Of a DNA stretch of 64,000 bases, positions 12,745 through 25,200 are shown piece after piece. The notes under the pieces were generated by a model. It ran no database searches and was not told where the DNA came from. It worked only from the letters and a program-made list of their open reading frames with translations. The stretch is from Podarcis melisellensis. Lineage: Eukaryota. The stretch's first letter is position 1. The number at the start of each line of letters is the position of its first letter. Made by a program: the position numbers and the translations under genes. The stretch lies in NCBI GenBank assembly GCA_964234715.1, contig OZ174282.1; one strand, given 5' to 3'.

Positions 12745-14487
12745 GTGAGAAGCCAGCAAAGGCATTTTATGCAACCAGGTTGAAAAGAGTATGGTGGTCA
12801 ATGCAGGTGGAAGTGACTACAAGAGTGCACCATGCTGGTCATCTGCCAGTGAGAGGGAACTGTTGACCTTTTGCACTGCACTGTCACCACTGCAGATGGC
12901 CTGAGCAATCGCAGCTTCTAGCCCAGCAATGATCAGTTGGTATAAGGGGCTGATATATTTCCACCTGTTCCCTGGTTCATCAGTTTGAGCAGCACAGGGT
13001 GCCTGTCCTTGCCTACCTGCTTTCCAGCTCCAGATCACTAGCCCTGACAGAAGGGGTGCTTGTGTAGAAATGCTTAGTTTCATTGAACAGCAGGCCCATC
13101 TCTTGCATTTGCCTTCCTCTCCCTTGGATTATGAATCATGCTGCTCAGAAGGGGCCTGTAGGCAGTCAAACGCTCGAGAGGGTAGGATTGTCGGGAGATC
13201 TCCATGCTTATACAGTTTGACTCTCAGTCTGCAACTTGTTTATATGAACTGTAGCAGCAGCAGGACAAATAAGGCAGGGGAGTGGAATGTCTTTTGAATG
13301 TCATCATCATCCCTGACATTTTTTTAAAGCTGAAATCCTGTTTCAAGCTGACTTCCCACAGCTTCTTTCCAGAAACTCTACAGATGGTTTATAGCAACTC
13401 AATATGCTTTTAGTTGTGTGTCAGCCAACCTAAACTCTTGCAGCAGACTAACTTGTTTAATTGATTCATCAGCTGACATCACATACATTTGCAGCTCATT
13501 GGATGTATCTTCCTCAATGAAGAGGGACAGTTCATCTTTGGCTGCCTCATTGCCCAGACCTCAGCTTTCCAAGGAGCCTTGGACTTCCTTGGAAGCTTAT
13601 CAGGGGTTTCTCATTCACAATCAAATCAGGCATGGCAGGCAAGCTTTCGTTTACCACTTCCCTTCTAGTGTGCACACACAGGGAAATGTTAGGTGTGCTC
13701 CAGGATCCATTTGGGTCATGTGAGGCCATCTGGAACACTTGCAAGAACCAAGAGCATGTCCTGGAACAGGGGTCAGCAACTGGTTGATCTCTCAGTTGTT
13801 CAACATTAGCAACAGCAAAATGACTTTTCTCACCTAATTTAGGCTGCTGAAATGGAGATGGCTAACAGGGAGTGGATTTTTTTGTGCAAAAGGACTGGGC
13901 TCGGAAAAAAATGAGCTCAGAGGCACCCTGGTATTTAATTCTAACTATGGGCTCCTCCAGACATTCCATTTATTCAGCACTCATATTAATTTGTTTACAT
14001 GGTGGTTCAACTATGTCTGGTCTTCATTGCACACTCCTTCTGATTTGTTTGTATATATGCCATTTAGCATTTCTTCTGCATTCACCCTGACTTGCTTCCA
14101 GGGGATTTACACATCTTCGTCTTAGTCAATCATTCATCCCACAGTTTCCCCCATCATTTTCTGTGCTGCAAAGTGGGACTTGTTTTATAAATTGGAGTTT
14201 GTGTAAAAAATGGATTTGTTGCACTTGGGTGACTGAACCCTTTAATCCACTTTAAATGCCCCAAATAGTGATGGTCCGGAGGCACCCTGCATCTCTTTTG
14301 CACCCGGCTCTCATTGGTAGATCTTGGGGTTCTGGTGAAAAAACAGATTAGATCCAACAAGCCTGAAGTCCACCTCTGCCTTAGAATCCTTTGCAGTGTA
14401 TTGAGGGGTAGAACGTGTTCTCAGATTAATTAATGTGTAAATGGGAAAAGTTTGGAAACCACTGATATTCCCAGGAAAGGTATTGCT

Positions 14488-14534
14488 TACATCACATCAC
14501 ATCACATCACATCACATCACATCATCACATCACA
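14488..14534. repeat. (ACATC)n pentanucleotide microsatellite
   Basis: Directly visible tandem ACATC units. Confidence 0.9.
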
Positions 14535-15070
14535 TATGTGCCGTTTGATTGTAAAAAACAAAGCACCTTCTAAGTGGTTTTACAAAAATTAAAAGAAACA
14601 TTAAAGTTATAAATAAAAGCAGTTAAAAGCAAGTAAGGAGGCACCAGAAATTGTACAGCCTGATGTCAATGGGCAGGGAATTTCAAAGTGTAAGTGCTGC
14701 CACTCTAAAAATTGATTTATTGCAGAATGAGCATTATGTGGCACTTGTAACAGTATCAGTTCCACAGTTCAAAGCAGCTAAGTGGGCACATATAGGGTGA
14801 TCCTATAAGTAAACTGGTCCCTGGCTGTTAATGCCAGTATATAATAGTAACACCTTGAAAATGGCCCAGTAGTAACACCAAGTCATTATTTTCATCAGGT
14901 TTAAGAAGGCAGCCATTCCCTTGGTCCTTTTATAAAAGTGTTTTATTATTCAACCAAGACTGGCAGTGCTATGGTTGCATTCTCCTTGGCCTCTTTAATC
15001 TTTTTTTAACCATCTTGGTCTCTCATTAAAAAACATATGCACTGCTTCTCTTCCCCCTCCCCCATTTTAG

Positions 15071-15566
15071 TTCATGCTGAAGGAGTTTGAGTCCCGCAAG
15101 CCCCAGTATGATCAGCTGAATGAGGCTGCCCAAGGGATACTCACCAGCCCCAGCGAAGGGTCTCCATCCATCAGCAACATGCAGGAGGAGCTCCAGGCTG
15201 TCAACCAGAAGTGGACAGAACTCACAGAGAGGCTCAACTCACGCTCCAGCCAAATTGACCAGGCCATTGTCAAGAGCACCCAGTACCAAGAGCTGCTCCA
15301 GGGGCTGTCTGAGAAGGTGAAGGCTGCTGGGCAGTGCCTGAGCACCCAGTCCACCATCAGCACCCAGCCGGAGGCTGTGAAGCAACAGCTGGAAGAAACG
15401 AGTGAAATCCGGTCCAACCTGGCACAGCTGGAAGAGGAGATCACGGAGGCTCAGGCCCTATGTGATGAGCTCTCAGTCCTCATTGGGGAACAGTACCTGA
15501 AGGATGAGCTGAAGAAGCGCTTGGAGACTGTGGCCCTCCCTCTCAAAGGGCTGGAGGATTTGGCAG
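15071..15566 (+). CDS. MACF1: MACF1 coding exon (FMLKEFESRKPQY...LKGLEDLA-G)
   Basis: cccattttag acceptor; G|gtatgg donor; 496 nt; ORF 15074..15634. Confidence 0.96.
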
Positions 15567-16234
15567 GTATGGAAATGAATCATTTGAAAACATGGGGTCA
15601 TCAGGTGCCATATAACACCATTTGCAGAATTTAGAAACACAAACAGCATTTAGTCAAAGGAGGAGGACTCCCAACAGCCAGGAAAGTTGTGTGGGCAATA
15701 AGGACCCAATAGATCCTTGGCTCACCAGATGTGGTGAAAGGCTTAACCTCAGGGCCACTCCACACATTATGAAGCAAACTCAGTGTGTCACCAACACAGG
15801 CCCAATAGGAAGCCCCAGCCAGTGCCACTTCTCAGGCGTATTTTTCCCTAATGCATGTGTAGAAGAAGTGGGATGGTTAGCTGGGCTCCATTTTGTCTGT
15901 CTGAAAAGAATTGGAATGCCACCCCATCCCATTTTGACCACTGCCTCTATGTAAATGTAAGGTCTAGAAACCACTTTTTAAGGAAACAGATGTTCTGGGG
16001 ATCCTACAGAATCAATTAAATCCCCCTGAATAGACCCTATGTTCTATGATTTGTGGCTTCCTGGGTTTATAAGATTGCCTTACCTTTAATGGTATACCAA
16101 TTTGCTTTTTCACTGAAAGGTGCTTATTTGCGAAGACTGGAATGTAGATTTGTGCATCAGGCACATTAGGAGAGGTTCCTAGCTTTATGAAATGCATATC
16201 TAAACAATGTATTCCTGCCTCCTCCAATTTTCAG

Positions 16235-17706
16235 GTGACCGGATGAATCGATTGCAGACAGTGCTTGCCAGCTCCCAGCAATTCCAACAGATGTTTGATG
16301 AGCTCCACACTTGGCTGGATGACAAGCTGAGGCAGCAGGCACAGAGCGGGCCCATCTCAGCTAAGCTGGAGAGGCTGCAGTCTCAGATCCAGGAGCAGGA
16401 AGAATTCCAAAAGAGCCTCAACCAGCACAGGGGCTCCTATGAATTGATTGTGGTAGAGGGCGAGTCTTTGCTTCACTCCATTCATCCCGGCGAGGAGAGA
16501 GCCAGTTTGCAAAGCCAGCTGATCAACCTGAAAGCAAACTGGGAGGAGCTTAGCAAACAGATCACAGACCGACATGCTAAACTCAAGGACTGCTTACAGA
16601 AGGCTCAGAAATACCAGCGTCATGTGGAAGACCTTTTCCCGTGGGTGGAGGACTGCAGGTCAAAGATGCTAGAGCTGGAAGTCACTCTGGATCCAGTGCA
16701 ACTGGAAGCCACACTCCTGAGGTCAAAGGCTATGCTGAGCGATGTGGAGAAGCGCCGCTCCCTTCTGGAGATGCTGAACAGCGCCGCTGATATCCTCATC
16801 AATGCATCAGAAATGGATGAGGATGATGTTAGGGATGAGAAAGCTGGGATCAACCAGAAGATGGACGCTATTACAGAAGAACTCCAAGCAAAGACCGGTT
16901 CCCTGGAAGAAATGTCGCAAAGGCTGAAGGAGTTCCAAGAAAGCTTTAGGAACATTGAGAAGAAACTAGATGGGACAAAGCATCAGCTGGAAATCTATGA
17001 GGCTCTTGGCCCACAGGCCTGCAGCACTAAGAACTTGGAGAAGCTGAGAGCCCAACAGGAGGTTATCCAGGCATTGGAACCCCAGGTGGATTACCTGAGG
17101 AATTTCACTCGGGGCCTGGTGGAAGATGCTCCAGATGGGTCTGACTCCTCCCATCTCTTAAGTCAAGCTGAGGTTGCCCAGCAAGACTTCAAAGCAGTCA
17201 AGCAAAAAGTTAACGAATGTTGTCAACTTATGGAGAGCAAGCTTGAAGGGATTGGCCAGTTTAATAATCATGTTCGGGAGATGTTCTCTCAGCTGGCTGA
17301 CCTAGATGACGAGTTGGACAGCATGGGCTCTGTTGGGAGAGACATGGACAGCCTGCAGTCTCAAGCAGAGGATGTCCATGAATTCCTGGGCAAACTTCAG
17401 AGGCTGAGGCTGGATATCCAAGCTTCTGAAGAGAAATGCAGGCAGATGTTGGATGATGAAGGAAGCCCTGACCTCATAGGGTTGAAACGTGAGCTGGAGA
17501 CTTTAAATAAGCAATGTGGCAAACTGAACGAAAGAGGCAAAAGTCGCCTGGAGCAGGTGGACACAACGCTGGCTCGCGTCAAGGACTTCTATGACAAACT
17601 AAAGGAGCTGAACTACATGACAGCCACAGCAGAAGACAGCGAAGCTTTGCAGTGGGTCGTTGGGACAGAAGTGGAGGTCATCAGCCAGCAGCTGGCAGAT
17701 TTCAAG
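16235..17706 (+). CDS. MACF1: MACF1 large coding exon, 1472 nt, several spectrin repeats (DRMNRLQ...QQLADFK)
   Basis: ttttcag acceptor; AAG|gtaagg donor (phase 0); ORF 16207..17766. Confidence 0.97.
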
Positions 17707-18335
17707 GTAAGGACCTGGCTATGCTGCAGGTGGCTAATGTTGAATCTACTGATGAGTTGTTTTTAATGCTGTAACCCACCCTGGGACCTTAGAGTGAAGG
17801 GCCTGCACTGCTCCATGGGTGAAAATTCCCCCTGCGCTCATTCTTTTTCTTTCTTTCTTTCTTTTTGCCATATATGATCTTTCAGCTTACCTTAGCTGTT
17901 TTTATACAAACGAGGGCGATAAAAGAGTTCTAGAAATAGTATAATCTTATTTTTAAAAGACCTTTATCACTTGTTTGTATAAACACTGCCAGGTTGGGCA
18001 GAAAACAAAGAGCACAGGGTATATTTCCATCCGTGTCATTCTCCCTGGGTGACTCTTTCATTCGCATGAGCAACTTGTGTGGTCCAATTTAGGAGGCTCT
18101 TCATTCATTAAATCTTAGTGTGTACATGTATTGCAACACACTAAAAACTTAATATGTTGTGCTTAAAAAACATCTGTCCCTCACAACCCACAGTGGTCAA
18201 TGACCCTCCACTTATTTGGATTACTTATTCTAAATATTTAACTTGAATTTGGTTTGAATATTTTAACAGCTCTCAGCTGCCACAGGTATTCTGTGAAAAG
18301 GCTCTTGATGTTTAGAAGCATGTAAGACATAATGA

Positions 18336-18683
18336 GGGATGTGGGTGGTGCTGTGGGTTAAACCACAGAGCCTAGGGCTTGCCAATCAGAAGGTTGGCGG
18401 TTCAAATCCCTGCGACGGGGTGAGCTCCCGTTGCTCGGTCCCTGCTCCTGCCAACCTAGCAGTTTGAAAGCACGAAGTGGAAGTAGATAAATAGGTACTG
18501 CTCCAGCGGGAAGGTAAATGGTGTTTCCGTGCACTGCTGTGGTTTGCCAGAAGCAGCTTAGTCATGCTGGCCACATGACCTGGAAGCTATACGCTGGCTC
18601 CCTCAGCCAGTAAAGTGAGATGAGCACTGCAACCCCAGAGTCGTCTGCAACTGGTCCTAATTGGTCAGGGGTCCCTTTACCTT
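18336..18683 (+). mobile_element. Full-length Sauria SINE (Squam1/POM-type) with 13-bp TSD
   Basis: GGGATGTGGGTGGTGCTGTGGGTTAAACCACAGAGCC head, GTAGATAAATAGGTAC core, GGGGTCCCTTTACCTTT tail; TAAGACATAATGA repeated at 18323-18335 and 18684-18696. Confidence 0.93.
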
Positions 18684-20577
18684 TAAGACATAATGAACTG
18701 TACTTTTATTACTTTTGTAGTAGTAACTCCTACACCACAGAATGAGAAGTGAATCAGTTAAATCATCAAATAATTCTGTATTCTTCTGCTCACTCCATGG
18801 GGAGGTTGCCAGAGGCTTCCTTGTATGACTTGGTGCTCTGACCTTACCTCCTTCATCCAGTGGGGGCAGGAGTTTCTGCCACAACCCAGCACTGGACGCA
18901 ATTGGAATTGTTGAACCATTCTCAATGCAGAGATGCCACAGTTTCCTCTGAGGAAACAGACTGGCTGTTGTCCCACTGCAGAGCCTGGATCCAGATCAAT
19001 GAATCACAAATCATGGAGGAACATCCTCTGAGGGTGTGTCTTTTCTACTTTAAACAAAAGTCTTGCTGGCTGCAAAAGTGAATTGTGCTTCAGAAGTCTG
19101 AGAAACTCTACTCTTGAGGATGTATTGTTGTGCAAGAACTCTGAGCCAATTGCCTTGTTGGGCTTGCTGTTTATGGCAACTGACTTGAACACACAACTTT
19201 TCTACTTGCCAGGAAAGACGGGGACGTTTTAACAATCTCAGTGAATCACACCATGAATTGATCTCACTTGGGCATCTGGTGCTGACTCAGTTACACATAA
19301 GGCTCTGGACTCCTCCTAGCCTGAGTGCCTTTGATTGGCAACTGAGATTGAGCAAACTTTACATTGAGAAGGAACTGTCCTCTAGCTGTCCTGGCTGATA
19401 TGGAAAAGTTGGGAAGGGGTAAGGACTGTGACTTGGGTTTTCTGTGTGGAGAGTAGAAGGCTTTGAGGACCCTCTGTAATTTCACCCTTGATATGTTTAT
19501 CTATTTAATAATTTCTGCCCAGCCGTGATGCATAAATCAGGCAGGTGCATTATAACAAATAAAATTGCAATTGCAGTGATAGACAAAATAGCTATTTATT
19601 TATTATACTGGTTAATATTTAGAATTTATAAGTGATGTACATAAAATGATTTTTTAAAGCCATACAAAGAATAAGAGCAATTATAATTCATCCTAGAATG
19701 CCTACCTTAAAATGCTTGCTGAAACAGGAAAGTGTTTGTCAATCACCTCAAATTCGGCAGGGAGGGGGCCTGTCTAATCTCAGTCAGGAGCAAGTTTGAC
19801 AGGGTTGGGGTCCACAATACTGAACTGCATGGCTGTATCTGATGGCATGCAGAGCCTGGGGAGTGGACTCCCCAATTTTTCCAGTTCTAGTAACTGGTAA
19901 CATATATCGTCTGCACCAAGGAAATCCTAACCCTTCAATCAGAATAAATTATTATTATTTATTAAACTTACTATTTTTTATTTATTTTACAAAAGCAGCT
20001 CACAGTAAACACCTACATTAAAACTGGCATGAAACAAAATGAAGAAAAATCTAAAAAGTGATCATATTTTTAAAAGACAGGATTAAAACATTATGTGTAT
20101 GCATCATTTGAACATTATGTGAAATTTATTGTGCTTCCAAGATTTCAAGTTTTCAAAGGATAGAGAGGAGGGAGATTATGTTGACTAACTATGGATAGCC
20201 TGTCTGGTTGTTGGGCTGATGGGAGCTGTAGGATGAAGACTATAAACTATTGAGAACACTGCAGGTCTCCTAAGGCTCCCCTGCCCTTTCACATCACACT
20301 CCTACCTGATCTCTGGAAGTCCTTATTAGGTTTCACCAGACCACTTCACAAAAGAGTCTCTGAAATCATAAGGTCTAGAAAGTGCCTGAAAATCTGTTCA
20401 GCACTAGCAGTGTGTTTTTTTCTAGAAAAATTTGTGCTGGTACTTGCCAGTACTCACCATGAAGTTGTTACAGTAAGTAACTTTTTAACCAAAGATGAAG
20501 AGTGCCGGTAATTACCAGGAATACAGAAGGACTGTGTAACTTGCTTGTTCCTGATGATGTTGGTGGTGGTCTTTTGC

Positions 20578-20765
20578 ATTTCCATGCGCTCTGGTTTCTG
20601 TCACAGTGTTCCATTTCTCCAGACGCGGCTTAGTGACGCTGGCCACGGAAAGCTGTCTGTGGACAAATGCTGGCTCCCTCAGGCTGAAAGCAAGATGAGT
20701 GCTTCACCCCACAGTCGCCTTTGACTGAACTTAACTGTCCAGGGGTCCTTGACCTTTTACCTTTA
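20578..20765 (+). mobile_element. Sauria SINE 3' fragment (older, more diverged)
   Basis: GCGGCTTAGTGACGCTGGCCAC...GGCTCCCTC...CCAGGGGTCCTTGACCTTTTACCTTTA, similar to the 3' half of the 18336 copy. Confidence 0.75.
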
Positions 20766-22099
20766 TACAATAAAAAGTTTCAAATTGATTTGTCAAAATA
20801 ACAACACATAAAACAATTTAACTCATAAAGCAATTCACTTAGAGTTGGTGATATGAGGGCAGAGTCACTATGATAGTTGTCCTTCCTCACAAAAAAGGAG
20901 AGTTCAGGCGCCTCCTGAACTTGCTGCAGGGGAAAGAACTTTGAATGGTTTCCCGCATCAGCATGAAATCACACCCTGGGCTTGTAAGTGTTTTCCTTTG
21001 GGACAGAGACTGGAAAGGCGCCAACTCAGAAGCTTCTCTTCCCAGAGCTTGCAGCAATTCTGTGACTTTCTTCTGCTGTTCTCATGTTGCAGAAACCGGG
21101 ATTGGCAGCCGGCTGGCTGATAAGGGGGATCTGTGTTGTGCTGAGCTCACAGGAAGTTAGAACAATGGGAGGAAAGGATTTGTCTCTGTCGGCTATATTT
21201 ATACCCCCAAGAGGGTCTGTGACTGGGCAGAGCTTTCTCCTGAGGCTCATTTCCATAGCTTGGAGAGCAGAGTATCCCCTTTCTCAAACATCCTATGAGT
21301 GCAAAATTGGTTTACCTTCTACAGAATTTACTTTCACCACCCTTAAATAAAAACCCCAAGCTTGCTTTTTACCTTGAGTTCCCTATTGCAGCAAACCTGG
21401 TGCCTTCCAGATGTTTGGTGCTGCAGCTCCCATCAGAATCAGCCTGTGTAAGACAAGAGGGCCCTCCCAATCTGATTTTTCTTCCTGTTGCTTTTTTTGC
21501 TCTGAGCTGTTGCCCCCGCTGCTGCTGTCAAGGCTGCAAAAGAGAGGCTGCAGATTGGCAGAGGGAAGTGTTAAGAAGGGAAGGAAAAGGCTATCCTTGA
21601 CACAATTTGCAGTCCCACCCCCCAAACTATCAAAATAGCCATTCATTTCTTAGCGTTTAGATATGAGGCAGGTGCTTAGTGGGTGGTGTGAGCAACGTGC
21701 AGCCTTCCAAGTGCTGTTCCCAGTCACTGAGCGCTCTGTTATTCCTGTCCTGGAGAGAATTCTTTATATCCTTTGAAGGCTGGCCCCAGGACTGGCCCGG
21801 TACATTTTGGCACCTGAGGTGAACCACAAAATGGCACCCACCACCACCAGGGAAGAAGGGGTGAGTGAACAAGAGTAGAGGAGACCAGCAGCAGCACCCA
21901 TTCACCAATAGGATGCTATAGAGGCAGCCTGGGGGGCAGATTTTGTCTCTAAGGTGTACCCTTTAGCTGTTGATGCCACCATGACAGCAGCTGCAGGGGT
22001 TCATTCCTTGGAGGCTGGGTTTGCTGCCCTGCTAATCCTACCACCTGAGGCGGTTGCCTCATCTTGCCTCATGAGTGAGCTGACCCCTCCTTATTTTAT

Positions 22100-22229
22100 C
22101 CTCCAAGCTGCTTCTGTGAGGTAGGACAGGCTGAGAGCTGGTCATTTGCTCAAGGTCACCCTGTGACCTTTATGACACAGCAGGGATTTGAACTCTAGTC
22201 TCCAGCACTCTGACCACTACACTATGCTG
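22100..22229 (-). mobile_element. Degenerate tRNA-derived SINE (Squam3-like)
   Basis: CTGTGAGGTAGG...CAAGGTCACCC...GGGATTTGAAC...ACCACTACACTA (reverse complement of SINE head and core). Confidence 0.6.
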
Positions 22230-25200
22230 ATCCTCTCAATTGCTCATTGACCTCTCCTATCCCCAACTGTTAGCACTTGACTGTGGACAGCTGAGCATCT
22301 GTAGCACCTATTGCAAGTCCTCATAGGTTTGGGGCCAGACTTGGAGAAAACACTGGGGCAGATTCACTGGAGAGCCAAAGGCAAAGCCAATTGCTCTCCA
22401 TAGTCCAAAGGGGAAGGACTGGAATGTGTGTGCAGGCAGAAGGGCAGCATTGGCAGGAAGACAAACTCAGAAGTTCAGAGCTTGGTTCTTGCTCAGGTGC
22501 AATAGGTCAGGCCTCACCTGGAAGTATTTATAGCCCGAACCAATATACTCGATTAGGGCCCTGAGAGGGCAACACTTGTCCTTTCTACATGGCCTGCATC
22601 CCTGGGCGGCTCACTCACCACAAGGACAGCCAGGACACAGAGCAAGAAGGCTGCTGCTGGCACAGCCTTTTGTATGCTTTCAGGTTTGTGATGCCTCAGG
22701 TGAAGTGATGGCATGAAGGGGGATCTTTGCTAGGGGAAAGAGTCATGAATGTCCCTGGGACTCACCAGATCTGGAGAGCATCAAATTCAGCTTTGTTTTT
22801 GTTTGGCAGCTTAGTCAAGTCACATCTGCTGCAAAGACTTGCAGCTAATAACTCCAGAGCAAAATTGCTTCTCAAATGAAAACTGCCAATACTGAATTAG
22901 TAATAGCATTTATACAACACTTTTTGTATTTTCAAAGCACATTATCTCTGTAATCTTTAAACCAGTCCAGTGGTATAATTAGTGCTAGTATATTAGAATT
23001 ATCTGCCCTTCACCAACAATTGCAACAATTTGGAATTCAGTATTAAAAGAGATAAGGAAAAAATTATGTCACAGGAATATATGCCATTGTTACTGCCCCA
23101 TGTTGCAGAGAGGAAGGGGAGAATTATGCTTTGCTTAATGTCGGCTAATGAGATTGGGGCAGAGGTGGGTTGCTGCTGGCTTAATCTCAGCGCACCAAAT
23201 CCACCCCAGGCCAAATGGTGTTGATATGATTCATGGAAAGTGCTCAGGCTTGGACTCTTGGTGAGTTTTGTGTGAGAGGGACAGCTACTGAGGATGTCCC
23301 TGGTGAGCGCTTCTGCTCAGTGTTTGAAACTCCCATTGTTCTAGGCGCATTTTATCACAGGGAATTCCATTAGTGCCAGCAGTTTCTGAGCTCTGGGTGT
23401 AGTACCACACCTAAAATTTCAAATTAAAACTGCAGAGTGGAAGGAAAGGAGGACCTTTTTCTGCCTCCACACTTCCAGCCACTCTCTGAAGACTGGAGAA
23501 GAGACCCTCTTAAGAATATTAGGGGGTGGGCAGGGGAAAGACTAAACCATGTAAAAAATGAACATAATATTTTAGCTGCAGTTCATTCATTTTCAGCTTT
23601 GTATTCTTCTTATAAAAAAGTGCACCTAGGCATTCCGTTGTTGCATCCATAACCTAGGTTTAAGGTACCATTTAGCTCCTAGCTTCATACAGTATTTCAG
23701 TTTCTAACACTGCTTCTGCTGTCTGAACTTGGTTGGTGTGGTCAAAAAGGTGTGCTTGGTCTGTGATGAAGATCACAGTCGGTGGGATGCTATGGAGGAG
23801 ACAGGACTTGTGCAGGCCTTAAAACCTGAACCCTGTAGGTAGAAAGTTATGGAGGAGGGTAGGTTAACACTGGGGTGGGTGACTGCAAGCAGAGCTGCCT
23901 TGGTGTTCCCCAGCAGAAGCTTCTGAAGAGTCATTGAGAGGTAGCAAAGAGACACACAGAGAGACCAGATGGCTGGTTCCAGTCTATTGGAGCTCTGTTT
24001 TTAATCTGCAGTCAAACCATCCATTGCCTAATCACTCCAATTATTTGATTAAGAGTGCAAATTACCATGCACAGCATAGGGGGATGGGACTATGACTGGT
24101 TACCAGGAAATACATTAAAGCATCCAGCCAGACCCAGAAAGGACTTCATGCAAGGCTGATGTTCATCTTCAGTTGCCCCCGTCCGCACTTACACGTATGC
24201 CAATGTAATTCCACGCTTGCTGCTACACACCCAGAAATATGGTGCTTAATAAGCCTCAGGAATGTGCCAGGCACCATACAGGATGCCAAAGAGACTCCAA
24301 TCGTTACTAAGAGAGAGGCTTGCTTATTTGTTAAAAGCAGCTTTCACCCACCTGGTGCCCTCCAGATGTTTTGAATTATAGTTCCTATCAGAATTCCCTA
24401 TGCTGGCTGGCACTGATGGGAATTGTAGTCCCAAACATCTGGAAGGCACTAGGGTGGGGAAGGCCGATTTAAAAAATATTTTTAATCCCACCCTTTACTT
24501 ATGTATATTTGCCAGGGTGGCATGAGTGGGATCATGAGAACAATAAGAACCAGCAAAACATTTCAGAAAAGCTCCAAGATGATGAAATGTTCAAACTATA
24601 GCAAAAACAAGCACACACCTTCACTTTTCACCTTCAGATTCATCTCTCTTGCTCCATCTAACAAGGCCTGTTAATCGGCCTGGTTCATGGTCCAAGAAAT
24701 AAATACCTATGACTGAAAGAAACTCTGCAGATGCTCAGAGGTACTCTCCCTTCCAGCCTGTTTGCTAGCCAACATCCATTTCAGTGGATGAATATCTCAC
24801 CCTTGGATGTTGTAGAGTCTTGGCACTGAAACTGAGCCCTGCATTTGTCTCTTATCCTCTCCCCCCCCCCCTGCGTCACCTGCTTTGTGCAGATTGTAAC
24901 CCCACCGGAAAGGGCCCAAGCTGCCCCTGTGGTCTGGCTAGTGGTGGGATTCAAGAAATGTATTAGTGGCAATGATGACAATACATTCATGGGTTTCCTG
25001 TTCATGAGCTCCTTTTCCCTACAATGGCCTTTTTTGTTTTGGGGGAGAAAAGAAGCCAGTGCCCTGTTGGAAATGGGATTTTGCATATTGGCAACCCTAA
25101 AAGAACCATAGCCTCCTCCTTCTCCTCCTCCTACTCCTCTCCCCCGCCCCCAAGTCCTCCTCTCTCCTTTTTGCTGTCTGTCTGGCTGCCATCCTTTGCC

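Noticed and set aside
15112-17582. Minus-strand ORFs (15112..15444, 16620..16955, 17397..17582) and similar ones opposite 39639-43099
   Set aside because: Antisense shadows of coding exons (S/L-rich, no independent signals).
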